From assembly GCA_024653205.1 (NCBI GenBank), contig JANLFO010000002.1:15776-79775 (forward strand): a stretch of DNA of 64,000 nucleotides, read 5' to 3'. Below are positions 17,251 through 26,454 of the stretch, one piece after another (positions within the stretch are counted from its first letter, which is position 1; each line of letters opens with the position of its first letter). The notes under the pieces were generated by a model. That model saw nothing but the letters and a program-made list of their open reading frames with translations, made no database searches and had not been told where the DNA came from. Made by a program: the position numbers and the translations under genes. Source of the DNA: Clostridia bacterium (lineage in GTDB: Bacteria; Bacillota; DSM-521; Neomoorellales; SLTJ01).

Positions 17251-19506
17251 GTGGGTGGCGGGCATACCAAACCCCAGACCGTACCCAAGAACCGACGCTA
17301 CGAGATCGCGGGGGTCTTGCTGCTTACCCTGGCGCTGCTGGCCATGGCCGGCCTGGTACTGGGCCCGGACCATCCCTGGCTGGCCCACCGCTTGGGCTTT
17401 GCCGGGAAAGTTTTGGAGGAAGCGCTCAGGAGCCTCGCGGGCCGAGGACGCTTCGGCATCCCCTTGCTGTTAAGCCTGCTGGCCGTGAAGGTCATGCGCG
17501 AACGGGAGTCGCTGCGTTTCTCCGGCCGGGATTGGGGATTGGTGATCGGTTACCTGGTGCTTCTTACCGGCTTGCATCTCCCCTGGGCGCAGGACAACCC
17601 CATGATCCCGGGCCAGGAAGGCCAGGGAGGCGGAACCTTGGGGGCGGTGCTGGTGTTGATGTTGGTCAAGGCGTTCGGTCAATTGGGCACCTATATGGTG
17701 CTGGCCGCTTTAGGATTGGTCTCCTTTCTCCTGGTCACGGATCTCTCCCTGGTGGAGGGGGCCGGCGCGGTGGGGCGCCGGGTAAGGAGCGTCGGTCCGC
17801 GTCTGCGTACGCGGCTGGAGCAGTTCCTGTTCGAGGAGGAAAAGGGAGAGGGCGAGGCAGAGGAACCCTCTCGCTCGAGATCTTCCGGGCAGGAACCCCC
17901 ACAGACCGGGCAGCGGGCCAGGGTGAAGGGCAGGCCCGGCGCTCCACCGGTCCGGACGGTCGAGGCGCCGCCGGTAGAGCCGGCGGCAGAGGATCGCGAG
18001 GAAGAAACCCCCTTGGTGGTACGGGCGGAACCGACGGTTAGGCCCGAACCGCAGGAGGAATTGCCGGAGGCCGAGGATGAACCCTTCCTGCTGCCGCCGC
18101 TCTCACTTCTGCGCCGGGCATCCAAGGCCCGAAACCTGCCCTTGAGCAAGGAAATATACGAGAAGGCGCAACTCCTGGAGCAGACGTTAGAAAATTTCGG
18201 GGTGAGCGTCAAAGTTACCCAGATAAGCTGCGGTCCCACGGTTACGCGCTACGAGGTTCAACCCGCGCCGGGGGTTAAGGTGAGCCGCATAATCAGCCTG
18301 GGGGACGACATTGCCCTGAGTCTGGCTGCCGGCGGTGTACGCATCGAGGCCCCGATTCCGGGCAAGGCGGCGATAGGGATTGAGGTTCCCAACCGGGAGG
18401 TCGCGGTAGTGCATCTCCGGGAAGTGTTGGAATCTCAGGAGTTCCAGCAGTCTACCTCCAAGCTCACCATTGCGCTGGGCAAGGACATCGCCGGCCGGCC
18501 GGTAGTGGCGGACCTGGCCAAGATGCCCCACCTGCTGATTGCCGGAGCCACCGGGTCGGGCAAGAGCGTGTGCCTGAACGGCCTGATCTGCAGCCTGCTG
18601 TACAAGGCCAGGCCCACGGAGCTGAAGTTCATGCTGATAGACCCCAAGATGGTCGAACTGACGGGTTACAACGGGATTCCGCATCTGCTTACCTCGGTAG
18701 TGACGGATGCCAAGAAAGCCGCCGCCGCCCTGCGCTGGATGACGACGGAAATGGACAACCGCTATGCCCGCTTTGCCGCCGCCGGGGTGCGCGATCTCCG
18801 GCGGTATAACCGGGCCCAGCGATTGACCGGTCGCAAGCCGCTGTCTTATATTGTGGTAATAATAGACGAGTTGGCCGAACTCATGATGGTCGCACCGGCC
18901 GAGGTGGAAGACTCTATCTGCCGCCTGGCCCAGAAGGCCCGGGCCGCCGGGATCCACCTGGTGGTGGCCACCCAGCGGCCCTCGGTGGACGTAATAACCG
19001 GGCTGATAAAGGCCAACATCCCCTCCCGCATTGCCTTCGCCGTTTCCTCTCAGACCGATTCCCGGACCATTCTGGACCTGGGAGGAGCGGAGAAACTCAT
19101 CGGCCGGGGTGATATGCTCTTCTTCCCGGTGGGAGCGGTAAAACCCATACGGGTGCAGGGCGCCTACGTGTCCGACCGGGAGGTCCAGAACGTAGTGAAC
19201 TTCCTGCGCCAGCAGACCCTTCCCGAGGTGACCGAGGAAATAGTCTTGCCCGAAACTCCGGAGACGGGTCGGCCGGAGGAGGAAGACGAACTCCTGCCCC
19301 AGGCGGTCAGGGTGCTTCTGGAAAGCGGCCAGGCTTCCATCTCCATGTTGCAGCGGCGGCTGCGCATAGGCTATGCCCGCGCTGCCCGGCTGATCGACAT
19401 CATGGAAGCGCGGGGAATGGTGAGCGGGCAGGATGGAGCCAAGCCCCGCTCCCTGTTAATAGGCTGGGACGATTACTATCGCATGTTCGGGAAGGCTCAG
19501 GGATAA
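17251..19506 (+). CDS. ftsK: DNA translocase FtsK/SpoIIIE
   Basis: N-terminal TM helices, a Pro/Glu-rich linker, motor domain with Walker A GATGSGKS, and a C-terminal gamma (winged-helix) domain [24 protein letters not shown] at 17251 follows GGGAGGTG. Confidence 0.92.
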   Translation: MGGGHTKPQTVPKNRRYEIAGVLLLTLALLAMAGLVLGPDHPWLAHRLGFAGKVLEEALRSLAGRGRFGIPLLLSLLAVKVMRERESLRFSGRDWGLVIGYLVLLTGLHLPWAQDNPMIPGQEGQGGGTLGAVLVLMLVKAFGQLGTYMVLAALGLVSFLLVTDLSLVEGAGAVGRRVRSVGPRLRTRLEQFLFEEEKGEGEAEEPSRSRSSGQEPPQTGQRARVKGRPGAPPVRTVEAPPVEPAAEDREEETPLVVRAEPTVRPEPQEELPEAEDEPFLLPPLSLLRRASKARNLPLSKEIYEKAQLLEQTLENFGVSVKVTQISCGPTVTRYEVQPAPGVKVSRIISLGDDIALSLAAGGVRIEAPIPGKAAIGIEVPNREVAVVHLREVLESQEFQQSTSKLTIALGKDIAGRPVVADLAKMPHLLIAGATGSGKSVCLNGLICSLLYKARPTELKFMLIDPKMVELTGYNGIPHLLTSVVTDAKKAAAALRWMTTEMDNRYARFAAAGVRDLRRYNRAQRLTGRKPLSYIVVIIDELAELMMVAPAEVEDSICRLAQKARAAGIHLVVATQRPSVDVITGLIKANIPSRIAFAVSSQTDSRTILDLGGAEKLIGRGDMLFFPVGAVKPIRVQGAYVSDREVQNVVNFLRQQTLPEVTEEIVLPETPETGRPEEEDELLPQAVRVLLESGQASISMLQRRLRIGYARAARLIDIMEARGMVSGQDGAKPRSLLIGWDDYYRMFGKAQG

Positions 19507-19529
19507 TCGAATATAGATCAGATATAGAG

Positions 19530-20312
19530 ATGAAAGTCCCGGAAGACCAAGGTGAGGTGGTAAGGGTGAAAAGCATTGGCAGGGTGCTGAGGGAGGCAAG
19601 AGATAGCCGAGGGATACCACTCGCCGAGGCGGAGAGGGCCACCAAGATCCGCTCCCGCTATCTAGAGGCCCTGGAAGCGGATGACCTCTCCTCTTTGCCC
19701 GGCCGGACCTATGCCTTGGGTTTTCTACGCAGCTACGCGCGTTACCTGGGACTGGACGCCGACACCGTAGCTTCTTTGGTGGAGGAGTTCAAGCGAATCT
19801 GGCCACCGGAGGCAACCGAGGAACCGGAATACGCGTTGAAGGTTCCGGCACCCCGGCGGAGGGCGCGGAACGGCAAGCGCAGAAACGGAGCCATTGTCCT
19901 AGTGGTGGCGGCGGTGGTGGTAATAGCCCTGCTTTTGCCCGGCCTGATCTTTGGACCCCCTCCTGCGCAGCCCCCTGCGCCGGCTCCCAGTATTCCGAAC
20001 CACACGCCGGAACCGGCGCCCGAACCGTCACCCGAGCCTGCGCCTGAGCCCACCCCTGCCGGGGTAGAATTGGAGATAACGGCCGACAAGGGGCCGAGTT
20101 GGTTGGAGGTGACGGTGGACGGCGAGCCGGCCTACCGGGGGCTGTTGGCTCAGGGGCGGGAGATATCCTTTTCCGGGAGAACCAGCATAGCGGTCAAGTT
20201 CGGCGACGCCGGGGCGGTAAGCGTAAGGCTCAACGGCCAACTTCTGGGTCCTATGGGTAATCGGGGCCAGGTACTGAGGAGGGAGTTCAGGGCATCGACC
20301 GAGCCTTCATGA
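19530..20312 (+). CDS. rodZ: RodZ-like cytoskeleton protein (HTH + TM + DUF4115)
   Basis: N-terminal HTH LREARDSRGIPLAEAERATKIRSRYLEALE, one TM helix, a PAPEPSPEPAPEPTP linker, and a C-terminal beta domain. Confidence 0.75.
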   Translation: MKVPEDQGEVVRVKSIGRVLREARDSRGIPLAEAERATKIRSRYLEALEADDLSSLPGRTYALGFLRSYARYLGLDADTVASLVEEFKRIWPPEATEEPEYALKVPAPRRRARNGKRRNGAIVLVVAAVVVIALLLPGLIFGPPPAQPPAPAPSIPNHTPEPAPEPSPEPAPEPTPAGVELEITADKGPSWLEVTVDGEPAYRGLLAQGREISFSGRTSIAVKFGDAGAVSVRLNGQLLGPMGNRGQVLRREFRASTEPS

Positions 20313-21640
20313 AGCCAAAGACTGCGGCTCCCGCCTGCCGGGTGGCAATCGTCAGCCTGGGCTGCGCCAAGAACCAGGTGGACACGGAAGTGATGCTGGC
20401 CTGCCTGGCTCAGGCCGGTTGCCAGCCCACTAATTCGCCGGCAGCAGCCGACGTGATCATAATCAATACCTGCGGTTTTGTAGAGGCGGCCAAGCGAGAG
20501 TCTATCGAGGCGGCCTTAAGAGCTCTAAAGCAGAGGAAAGCAGGCGCCAGGCTGATCCTGGCCGGCTGTCTGGCCCAGGGCTGGGGAGCAGAACTGGCCG
20601 AGGAGCTTCCGGAGGCAGACGCGATAGTTGGCCCGGGTTGGGCCGGGGAAATAACCACCATAGTTGATGAGGTGTTGGCCGGCCGCCGGGTGCTGGCTCT
20701 GCGGTCGGCCGGAGAATGGGAAAACGCGGCCTTGCCCCGCTTGCTGACCACCAGGCCCGGGAGTGCCTACCTGAAGATCGCCGAAGGCTGCAGCCACCGC
20801 TGTTCCTTCTGCGTGATCCCCCGTCTGAGAGGCCCCTACCGTAGCCGTCCCGAGGAGGTAATCCTGGAGGAAGCGGCGCAGCTGGTGGACTGCGGGGTTA
20901 GGGAGCTGGTGCTGGTGGCCCAGGATACGGCTGCCTGGGGCCTAGACCGCTACGGCGAGTTTCGTCTGCCTCAACTGATTCGACGTCTGTGCCGCTTGGA
21001 GGGTGTGCGCTGGGTCCGCCTCCTCTATCTATATCCCACCCGCGTGACGCCGGACCTGTTGACGGCCATAGCCGAGAACGAAAAGGTATGCCGCTATTTT
21101 GATCTTCCGCTTCAGCACGTTTCACCGCGCGTTCTTGCCCGCATGGGCCGGCCCTCCATGAACCGGGTCTGGCCGGTGCTCGAGCGTATCCGCCGGCTGA
21201 TGCCGGAAGCCGTGCTGCGGAGCACTTTCATCGTCGGCTTTCCGGGAGAAACCGAGGAAGACTTTCGGCAGCTGCTTTCCTTCCTGGAAACCGTCCAACC
21301 GGACTGGGTAGGAGCCTTTACCTTTTCCCCCGAGGACGGCACTCCTGCCGCCCGTCTGCCGGAAACCGTACCGGAAGAAATCAAGAAGGAACGCTGGAGG
21401 AGGCTGCTGGCGCGGCAACGAGAGATCACTGCCGCCAGACTCGCCGCCTGGGTGGGCCGCAGGGTCGAGGTACTGGTGGAGAAAAACCTCGGCCCGGGGA
21501 GGTGCCAGGGGCGCACCCGAGGACAGGCTCCGGAAGTAGACGGTACGGTGCTGCTCCGGGGCGAGGCGCGGAACGGAGAAATCGTTCCCGCCACCATTAC
21601 GGGTGTTCGCGGGTACGACCTTCTCGGCCAAACCGGCTAA
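20309..21640 (+). CDS. rimO: Ribosomal protein S12 methylthiotransferase
   Basis: MTTase N-domain VAIVSLGCAKNQVDTE, radical SAM CSHRCSFC, and a TRAM C-terminus. ATGA overlap with rodZ. Confidence 0.9.
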   Translation: MKPKTAAPACRVAIVSLGCAKNQVDTEVMLACLAQAGCQPTNSPAAADVIIINTCGFVEAAKRESIEAALRALKQRKAGARLILAGCLAQGWGAELAEELPEADAIVGPGWAGEITTIVDEVLAGRRVLALRSAGEWENAALPRLLTTRPGSAYLKIAEGCSHRCSFCVIPRLRGPYRSRPEEVILEEAAQLVDCGVRELVLVAQDTAAWGLDRYGEFRLPQLIRRLCRLEGVRWVRLLYLYPTRVTPDLLTAIAENEKVCRYFDLPLQHVSPRVLARMGRPSMNRVWPVLERIRRLMPEAVLRSTFIVGFPGETEEDFRQLLSFLETVQPDWVGAFTFSPEDGTPAARLPETVPEEIKKERWRRLLARQREITAARLAAWVGRRVEVLVEKNLGPGRCQGRTRGQAPEVDGTVLLRGEARNGEIVPATITGVRGYDLLGQTG

Positions 21641-21677
21641 ACTTTCCCAGCCCCTCGGCCGCCCCGGTCGTGATATA

Positions 21678-22190
21678 ATGACCGACAGGTTGGGGGGAAG
21701 GAAATTGGCGGTTATACGCTGGCCGGTAATACTCTTGGCCTTCGGCCTAACCCTGGCGATCCTCGCCGGAGCCTACCGCCTATACCAGGAATACGGGGTA
21801 GAGCATCCCCTGGAAAGACGGGTGGCGGCCACGGGTCTGGCAGAGGACGTCTCGTGGCAACCGGAGGAAAAGGAACTGGCGGTGCGGCTCCGGCCGGTCT
21901 CCGACCTGCGGGAGGCCTACGGAAGGTTGGAGGCCGCGGCCGGTCAGGGGGTCAGCTTGCGCGTGCTCGATCGGCCCAATGCCAAGTTAGAAGCTGTTTG
22001 CCGCCGGGTGGAACCCGCGCTGTACGAGGCGGCGGCACTGAACAGCTACGTCGCCCTGGCCGAGCGGGTGGAAGCTGAGGCCACCCGGGCGGGGCTGGAC
22101 GGCTGGTCGGTTCAGGTGGACGAGCAGAGAATCTATCTCGCCCTCCGGGAGGGCGAAGCCTTTATTTACCGCATAGTAGCCCACCGTTGA
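21678..22190 (+). CDS. Hypothetical membrane-anchored protein
   Basis: Single N-terminal TM (WPVILLAFGLTLAILAGAY) and a soluble domain with no motif I recognise. Start is ATG 21678 or TTG 21705 (after GGGGGGAAGGA). Confidence 0.5.
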   Translation: MTDRLGGRKLAVIRWPVILLAFGLTLAILAGAYRLYQEYGVEHPLERRVAATGLAEDVSWQPEEKELAVRLRPVSDLREAYGRLEAAAGQGVSLRVLDRPNAKLEAVCRRVEPALYEAAALNSYVALAERVEAEATRAGLDGWSVQVDEQRIYLALREGEAFIYRIVAHR

Positions 22191-22310
22191 CCATACCCTC
22201 CGGGGCCAGACATTGCCAGCGCCACCGCCAACCTGCCCGTGCTATAATCGCGGTGCAGTTCGGCTTTACCCTGTCGGGCCTTGCGGGGTCCGAGCGGGAG
22301 GTCTACGGCG

Positions 22311-23801
22311 ATGTTTCTGGAAATGGTTGTCGGCTCCGGCGCGGCATTCCTGGCCTTTCTCGCCTGGCAGGGGGTCAACGTGACTCCGGTGCTGGCGTTG
22401 ATAGCGCTGGCAGTTCTTCTCTACTACCTGCTTGAACGGCGGGCGGAGCCGGTGACCTCGGCGGCAGGCGTGCGATCGGTGCCTACCAAGGTAACCTTCG
22501 AACACATCGGGGGTCAGGGGCCGGCCAAGAAGGAGCTTAAGGAGGCTCTGGACTTCATTCTCCGGGCCGAGGCGGTCAAGGCCATGGGGATCCGGCCTCT
22601 CAAAGGAATTCTTCTGGTGGGACCGCCGGGCACGGGTAAGACGCTGTTGGCCAAGGCCGCCGCCTCCTACACGGACGCCGTGTTCCTGGCCGCCAACGGG
22701 AGCGAGTTCGTGGAGGTATACGCCGGGGTGGGCGCCCAGCGCGTACGCAACCTGTTCCGGCAGGCCAGGAAGCTGGCCGCACGCACCGGCAAGAACCGGG
22801 CGGTCGTCTTTATCGACGAGATCGACGTGCTGGCGGCCAAACGCGGCACCTTTCAGGCCCACCAGGAATACGACCAGATGCTCACCCAACTCCTGGTAGA
22901 GATGGACGGCCTGCGTGCGGAGGACCGGACACAGCTTCTGGTCATCGCCGCCAGCAACCGCGTGGATCTTCTGGACCCGGCCCTTCTCCGTCCCGGCCGC
23001 TTCGACCGGGTAGTCCGCGTGGACCTGCCAGACCGGCAGGGAAGGCTGCAGATTCTCCAGTTGCACAGCCGCAACAAGCCCCTGTCTCCGGAGGTAGACC
23101 TGGAGGCCATCGCCCGGGAAACCTTCGGCTTCTCGGGGGCTCACCTGGAAAGCGTGGCCAACGAGGCGGCCATTCTCGCCTTGCGGCAGGGCTCACCGGT
23201 GATCGAACCCCGTCACTTCCGGGAGGCGGTGGATAAGGTCATGCTGGGCGAAAAGCTGGAGAGAAAGCCTACCCCTGAGGAGCTGTACCGCATAGCGGTT
23301 CACGAGAGCGGCCACGCCGTTGCCAGTGAACTCATCTTTCCCCAATCGGTTACCCAGGTTACCATTACTTCCCGGGGACAAGCCCTGGGCTATATCCGCC
23401 AGACGCCCGGCGACGATTTCTACCTCCTCACCAAGGAGTATCTGGAAGGCCGGATTCAGGTTCTCCTGGGCGGCCTGGTAGCCGAGGAAACGGTGCTGGG
23501 CAGTGGAAGCACCGGCGCGGCCGCGGACCTGCAGGAGGCCAGACGCCTGGCCAAGGAGTACGTGGAGGCCGGATTGTCCGATTTGGGGGCGGTTTCGCTG
23601 GAGGACCTGCCCCCGGTACTGAAGTACCGCGGTCTGGCAAGGGTGCTCGAAGAGCTCAAGCAGCGGGTGGCCGAGCGCCTGCGACCCTACGGCCCGGCGT
23701 TGGCCCGGCTGGCCCGTGAGTTGGTGCGGGAAGAGACCCTGTCCGGAGATCACCTGCGGCGTCTCTTGAGAGGAGAAAGCGAGGAAGGTTCGGGTGCCTA
23801 G
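22311..23801 (+). CDS. FtsH-paralog AAA+ zinc metalloprotease (short form, no periplasmic domain)
   Basis: Two closely spaced TM helices, Walker A GPPGTGKT, Walker B VFIDEID, SRH, and M41 domain HESGHAV...LGGLVAEE...GAAADL. ATG at 22311 is 9 nt after GGGAGG. Confidence 0.8.
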   Translation: MFLEMVVGSGAAFLAFLAWQGVNVTPVLALIALAVLLYYLLERRAEPVTSAAGVRSVPTKVTFEHIGGQGPAKKELKEALDFILRAEAVKAMGIRPLKGILLVGPPGTGKTLLAKAAASYTDAVFLAANGSEFVEVYAGVGAQRVRNLFRQARKLAARTGKNRAVVFIDEIDVLAAKRGTFQAHQEYDQMLTQLLVEMDGLRAEDRTQLLVIAASNRVDLLDPALLRPGRFDRVVRVDLPDRQGRLQILQLHSRNKPLSPEVDLEAIARETFGFSGAHLESVANEAAILALRQGSPVIEPRHFREAVDKVMLGEKLERKPTPEELYRIAVHESGHAVASELIFPQSVTQVTITSRGQALGYIRQTPGDDFYLLTKEYLEGRIQVLLGGLVAEETVLGSGSTGAAADLQEARRLAKEYVEAGLSDLGAVSLEDLPPVLKYRGLARVLEELKQRVAERLRPYGPALARLARELVREETLSGDHLRRLLRGESEEGSGA

Positions 23802-25221
23802 ACGGCCCTGGGTGGCGGACGTTCTGGCTGGCCTGCTGGGAGCCCTGGTGGTCGTGAACTTGCTGGGCGGTGCCTGCTTCCGGGTAGGCGCCTTTGAAGT
23901 GGGGATGGAGATAAGGCTGCCGGCCCGGCCGGAAACCAGGGTGGTGCTGCCGCCGGTAGGGAAGTTAGCGGCGACAAGCCACGCCGCACCGGTAAGACTG
24001 GAGTTCACCCTGGTAAACATAGACCTTGACCGGCTGCTGGAGCTCATACGTGGAGAGGATGAGGGCGGCTCAAGAGAGCTGCTCGGTGCGTTGCGTGAAG
24101 AAATAAGGCCCCGGCTATGGCATTACGGCGTTCGGGTGCTGGTGCTGGCCGGCCTGGGCGGAGCCGGGGCGATGCTGGTCCTCCGCCGCCGGCAGGCGTG
24201 GCCTTACCTGCGGGCGGTTATCGCCGGAGTGGCCTTCGTGGGGACGGTATTGGGATGGGCGGCGCTAACCTTTAACCAGGCCGCCTTTGCCGCCCCTCGA
24301 TACGAAGGCGCCCTGCGGTACGCCCCCTGGGTGGTGACTCTGGCCCAGGAGGCTGCCGGTGACCTCGCGCGCCTGAATCGTCAGATGCAGGTCATGGGCC
24401 AGAATTTTGCCGAACTATCCCGGCGGTTGCGCCGGCTGGAGGAGGCCGCTCCCCTGGAGGGTGCCCTAAAGGTACTCCTGATTTCCGACCTTCACAATAA
24501 TCCCACCGCCTACGGACTGATCGGCGAGGTCGCCTCCGGTTTCGAGGTGCAGGCGATAATTGATACCGGTGACGTCACCGACTACGGCACCCGCCTGGAA
24601 GGAAGCATTGTCGATAGATTGGGCCGCTTCGGGGTCCGGTACTATTTCGTCCCCGGCAATCACGACTCGCCGGCGGTGATAGAGGAGATGGCCCGCCTGC
24701 CCGGCGTTCGCGTGCTGACGGCCGATCTGGTATCCATAGAGGGCCTCAGGGTGTTGGGATTCGCCGATCCGGCGGCACTAAGAGCGGAAACGGTGAAGAA
24801 TGCCGGCGGGGACCTGGCCCGGGCGGCCGAGGAACTGGATCGGCTGGTACAGGCCCAAGATCGCCCCCCCGAGGCGGTGGCGGTACACAACCCCGCGATG
24901 GCAGAGGCACTTGCCGGAAAGGTCCCGGTAGTTTTGTTCGGCCACACCCACCGCCAGGAGATTGCCGTCCGGAAGGGAACTCTATTCATATCCGCCGGAT
25001 CTACCGGGGCGGAAGGAGTGAGGGGGCTTCTGGGAACCGAGCCCGGCGTCTATTCCCTCGCGGTGCTGTACTGGAAATCCCAGGGCTCCGGTTGGTACCT
25101 TGCCGGGGTCGACTGGCTACGGGTTCCGGCCGGCGAGCACCGTCTGGTCCTGGAGCGACAGATCCTCTCCGCGCCCGAGCGGGAGCCGGCGGTGCCAGCA
25201 GCCGGGGAATCGAACGGGTGA
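23794..25221 (+). CDS. Membrane-bound calcineurin-like metallophosphoesterase
   Basis: N-terminal TM segments, then LLISDLHNN...DTGDVTDYG...FVPGNHDS...LFGHTH phosphoesterase motifs. Confidence 0.75.
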   Translation: MPRRPWVADVLAGLLGALVVVNLLGGACFRVGAFEVGMEIRLPARPETRVVLPPVGKLAATSHAAPVRLEFTLVNIDLDRLLELIRGEDEGGSRELLGALREEIRPRLWHYGVRVLVLAGLGGAGAMLVLRRRQAWPYLRAVIAGVAFVGTVLGWAALTFNQAAFAAPRYEGALRYAPWVVTLAQEAAGDLARLNRQMQVMGQNFAELSRRLRRLEEAAPLEGALKVLLISDLHNNPTAYGLIGEVASGFEVQAIIDTGDVTDYGTRLEGSIVDRLGRFGVRYYFVPGNHDSPAVIEEMARLPGVRVLTADLVSIEGLRVLGFADPAALRAETVKNAGGDLARAAEELDRLVQAQDRPPEAVAVHNPAMAEALAGKVPVVLFGHTHRQEIAVRKGTLFISAGSTGAEGVRGLLGTEPGVYSLAVLYWKSQGSGWYLAGVDWLRVPAGEHRLVLERQILSAPEREPAVPAAGESNG

Positions 25222-25305
25222 TGTTCCCCGCGAAGTACGCCGGACCAACGGCGCCTGACCGGTGGGCGGGCGAAAAGTTCCGGATGCCGAGGGAGGGCGA
25301 AAGCG

Positions 25306-25869
25306 ATGCGGCTCTTTGCGGCCGTGGAACTGCTGCCGGAGCTCAGGCAGGCCTTGAGGAAGCTGGTGGGCCGTCTGGCAATGTCGCAGGCGGATGTGAA
25401 GTGGGTAGAAGGTGAAAACTTCCACCTTACGCTCCTATTCCTGGGAGAAGTGGATAGGGAGTTGCTGCCTGAGCTTAGTCGGGCGCTGGCCGAGGCCGCC
25501 CGGGGCGTTCCCGCTTTTCACCTGAGGTTGGAAGGCCTCGGCACCTTTCCCGGCCCGGGGCGGCCGCGTGTGATCTGGGTGGGCGCAGACGGCGGCGGAG
25601 AGTTGGGCCGGCTTCAGAGCCGGGTGGTCGAGCAGGCAGGGCCTTTTGCCGAGCGACCGCCGGAGCGTACGCCTTTCCACCCCCATATCACCCTGGGGAG
25701 GGTACGCTCGCCTCGTGGCCTGGCAGGGCTAAAGGCTCTTCTAGAGGAATACCGGGAGGAGAAGGTTGGGGTACAGGAGGTTTCGGGCTTTTCGTTGGTC
25801 GAGAGCCGGCTTTACCGGAGCGGGCCGGTGTACACCACCGTCGACCATTTCTGGTTGGAACGGGCGTAG
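25306..25869 (+). CDS. thpR: RNA 2',3'-cyclic phosphodiesterase (2H family, LigT/ThpR)
   Basis: Two HxT/S motifs (HLTLLFLG and HITLGRV) in a 187-aa ORF. Confidence 0.85.
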   Translation: MRLFAAVELLPELRQALRKLVGRLAMSQADVKWVEGENFHLTLLFLGEVDRELLPELSRALAEAARGVPAFHLRLEGLGTFPGPGRPRVIWVGADGGGELGRLQSRVVEQAGPFAERPPERTPFHPHITLGRVRSPRGLAGLKALLEEYREEKVGVQEVSGFSLVESRLYRSGPVYTTVDHFWLERA

Positions 25870-25896
25870 AGCGCTTTGGTAACCAGGGCTACCTTC

Positions 25897-26130
25897 GCCG
25901 GGTTATCCCCGGTTGCGGGCTGGCAAGCGGTACCGGGTGCTTCTGAGTACATTGGCACCTTGCCGGATGCCCCGGAGGCGGGCCGCAGGCCGTGGACGGC
26001 CGAGGCGGCGGGGCGCCACGGTCGGCGCCTCCGCCGCCCGCCGGAGGGCGAAGCCCAAGCCCTAGTAGGTCGGCAAGATAACAGTGCGAACGGGGAGCAC
26101 CCGGTACCGCCCGTGGGAAAGTGGGGATCC
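25897..26130 (+). repeat. Long-hairpin repeat element, copy A
   Basis: Left-end motif GGTTATCCCC (25901-25910). Perfect 15-bp closing stem 25927-25941 / 26096-26110. 42-nt block 26087-26128 is identical to 60967-61008. Confidence 0.8.
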
Positions 26131-26166
26131 ACCAGGCTGCCTCGCCGAGGGATCCCCACTTTTTCG
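26117..26166. terminator. Bidirectional terminator-like hairpin at the copy A / copy B junction
   Basis: 13-bp perfect stem AAAGTGGGGATCC (26118-26130) / GGATCCCCACTTT (26150-26162), 19-nt loop. An A-run lies 5' and TTTTT lies 3' (26160-26164). Confidence 0.5.
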
Positions 26167-26374
26167 AGGGGAGTGCTGGTTTTGCCCGAGTACCTAAAGC
26201 GTGCCGGGTACCGAACTAGGTGAGAGCGAGCGCGGAGGCCGGTCGGAGGCCAAGGATGGCCGGAGCCGCGCCGGCGCCATGGACGGGTTCTTGCGCGGGA
26301 AGCCGGCCGAAGCGCGAAGGTCGAACCCTAGTTTGGTCGGCTAAGCGACCGGTACGAGGGGCAAACCAGCACTG
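26150..26374 (+). repeat. Long-hairpin repeat element, copy B
   Basis: Arms 26171-26193 and 26352-26374 pair (AGTGCTGGTTT, GCCC, GTAC). The interior aligns block by block with copy C. Confidence 0.75.
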
Positions 26375-26386
26375 CCCCGAACGCCG

Positions 26387-26416
26387 TTGACACCTTTTAG
26401 CAGGGTAGGATATAAT
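26387..26416 (+). promoter_or_regulatory. Consensus sigma-A-type promoter of recA
   Basis: TTGACA (26387-26392), 18-nt spacer, TATAAT (26411-26416). Confidence 0.7.
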
Positions 26417-26454
26417 CCGAGCGGGTTCAATCCGTGCCGGGTAGGGGGATGAAG

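Noticed and set aside
25927-26110. Idea that a 184-212 nt closed hairpin with internal loops is a 6S RNA gene.
   Set aside because: At least four copies occur in tandem pairs with TIR and direct-repeat flanks. There is no resemblance I can see to the 6S central-bubble consensus. Multi-copy and mobile-like features do not fit 6S.
25876-26223. ORFs inside the repeat elements (25876-26223, 25812-26159, 60808-61272, 60726-60980, 60941-61288) whose peptides resemble each other between the two loci.
   Set aside because: The similarity just reflects the repeated DNA. ORFs are open on both strands, lack SDs and are Arg/Gly/Pro-rich. Copies differ by indels that are not multiples of three (19 nt between A and C), so no frame is conserved.
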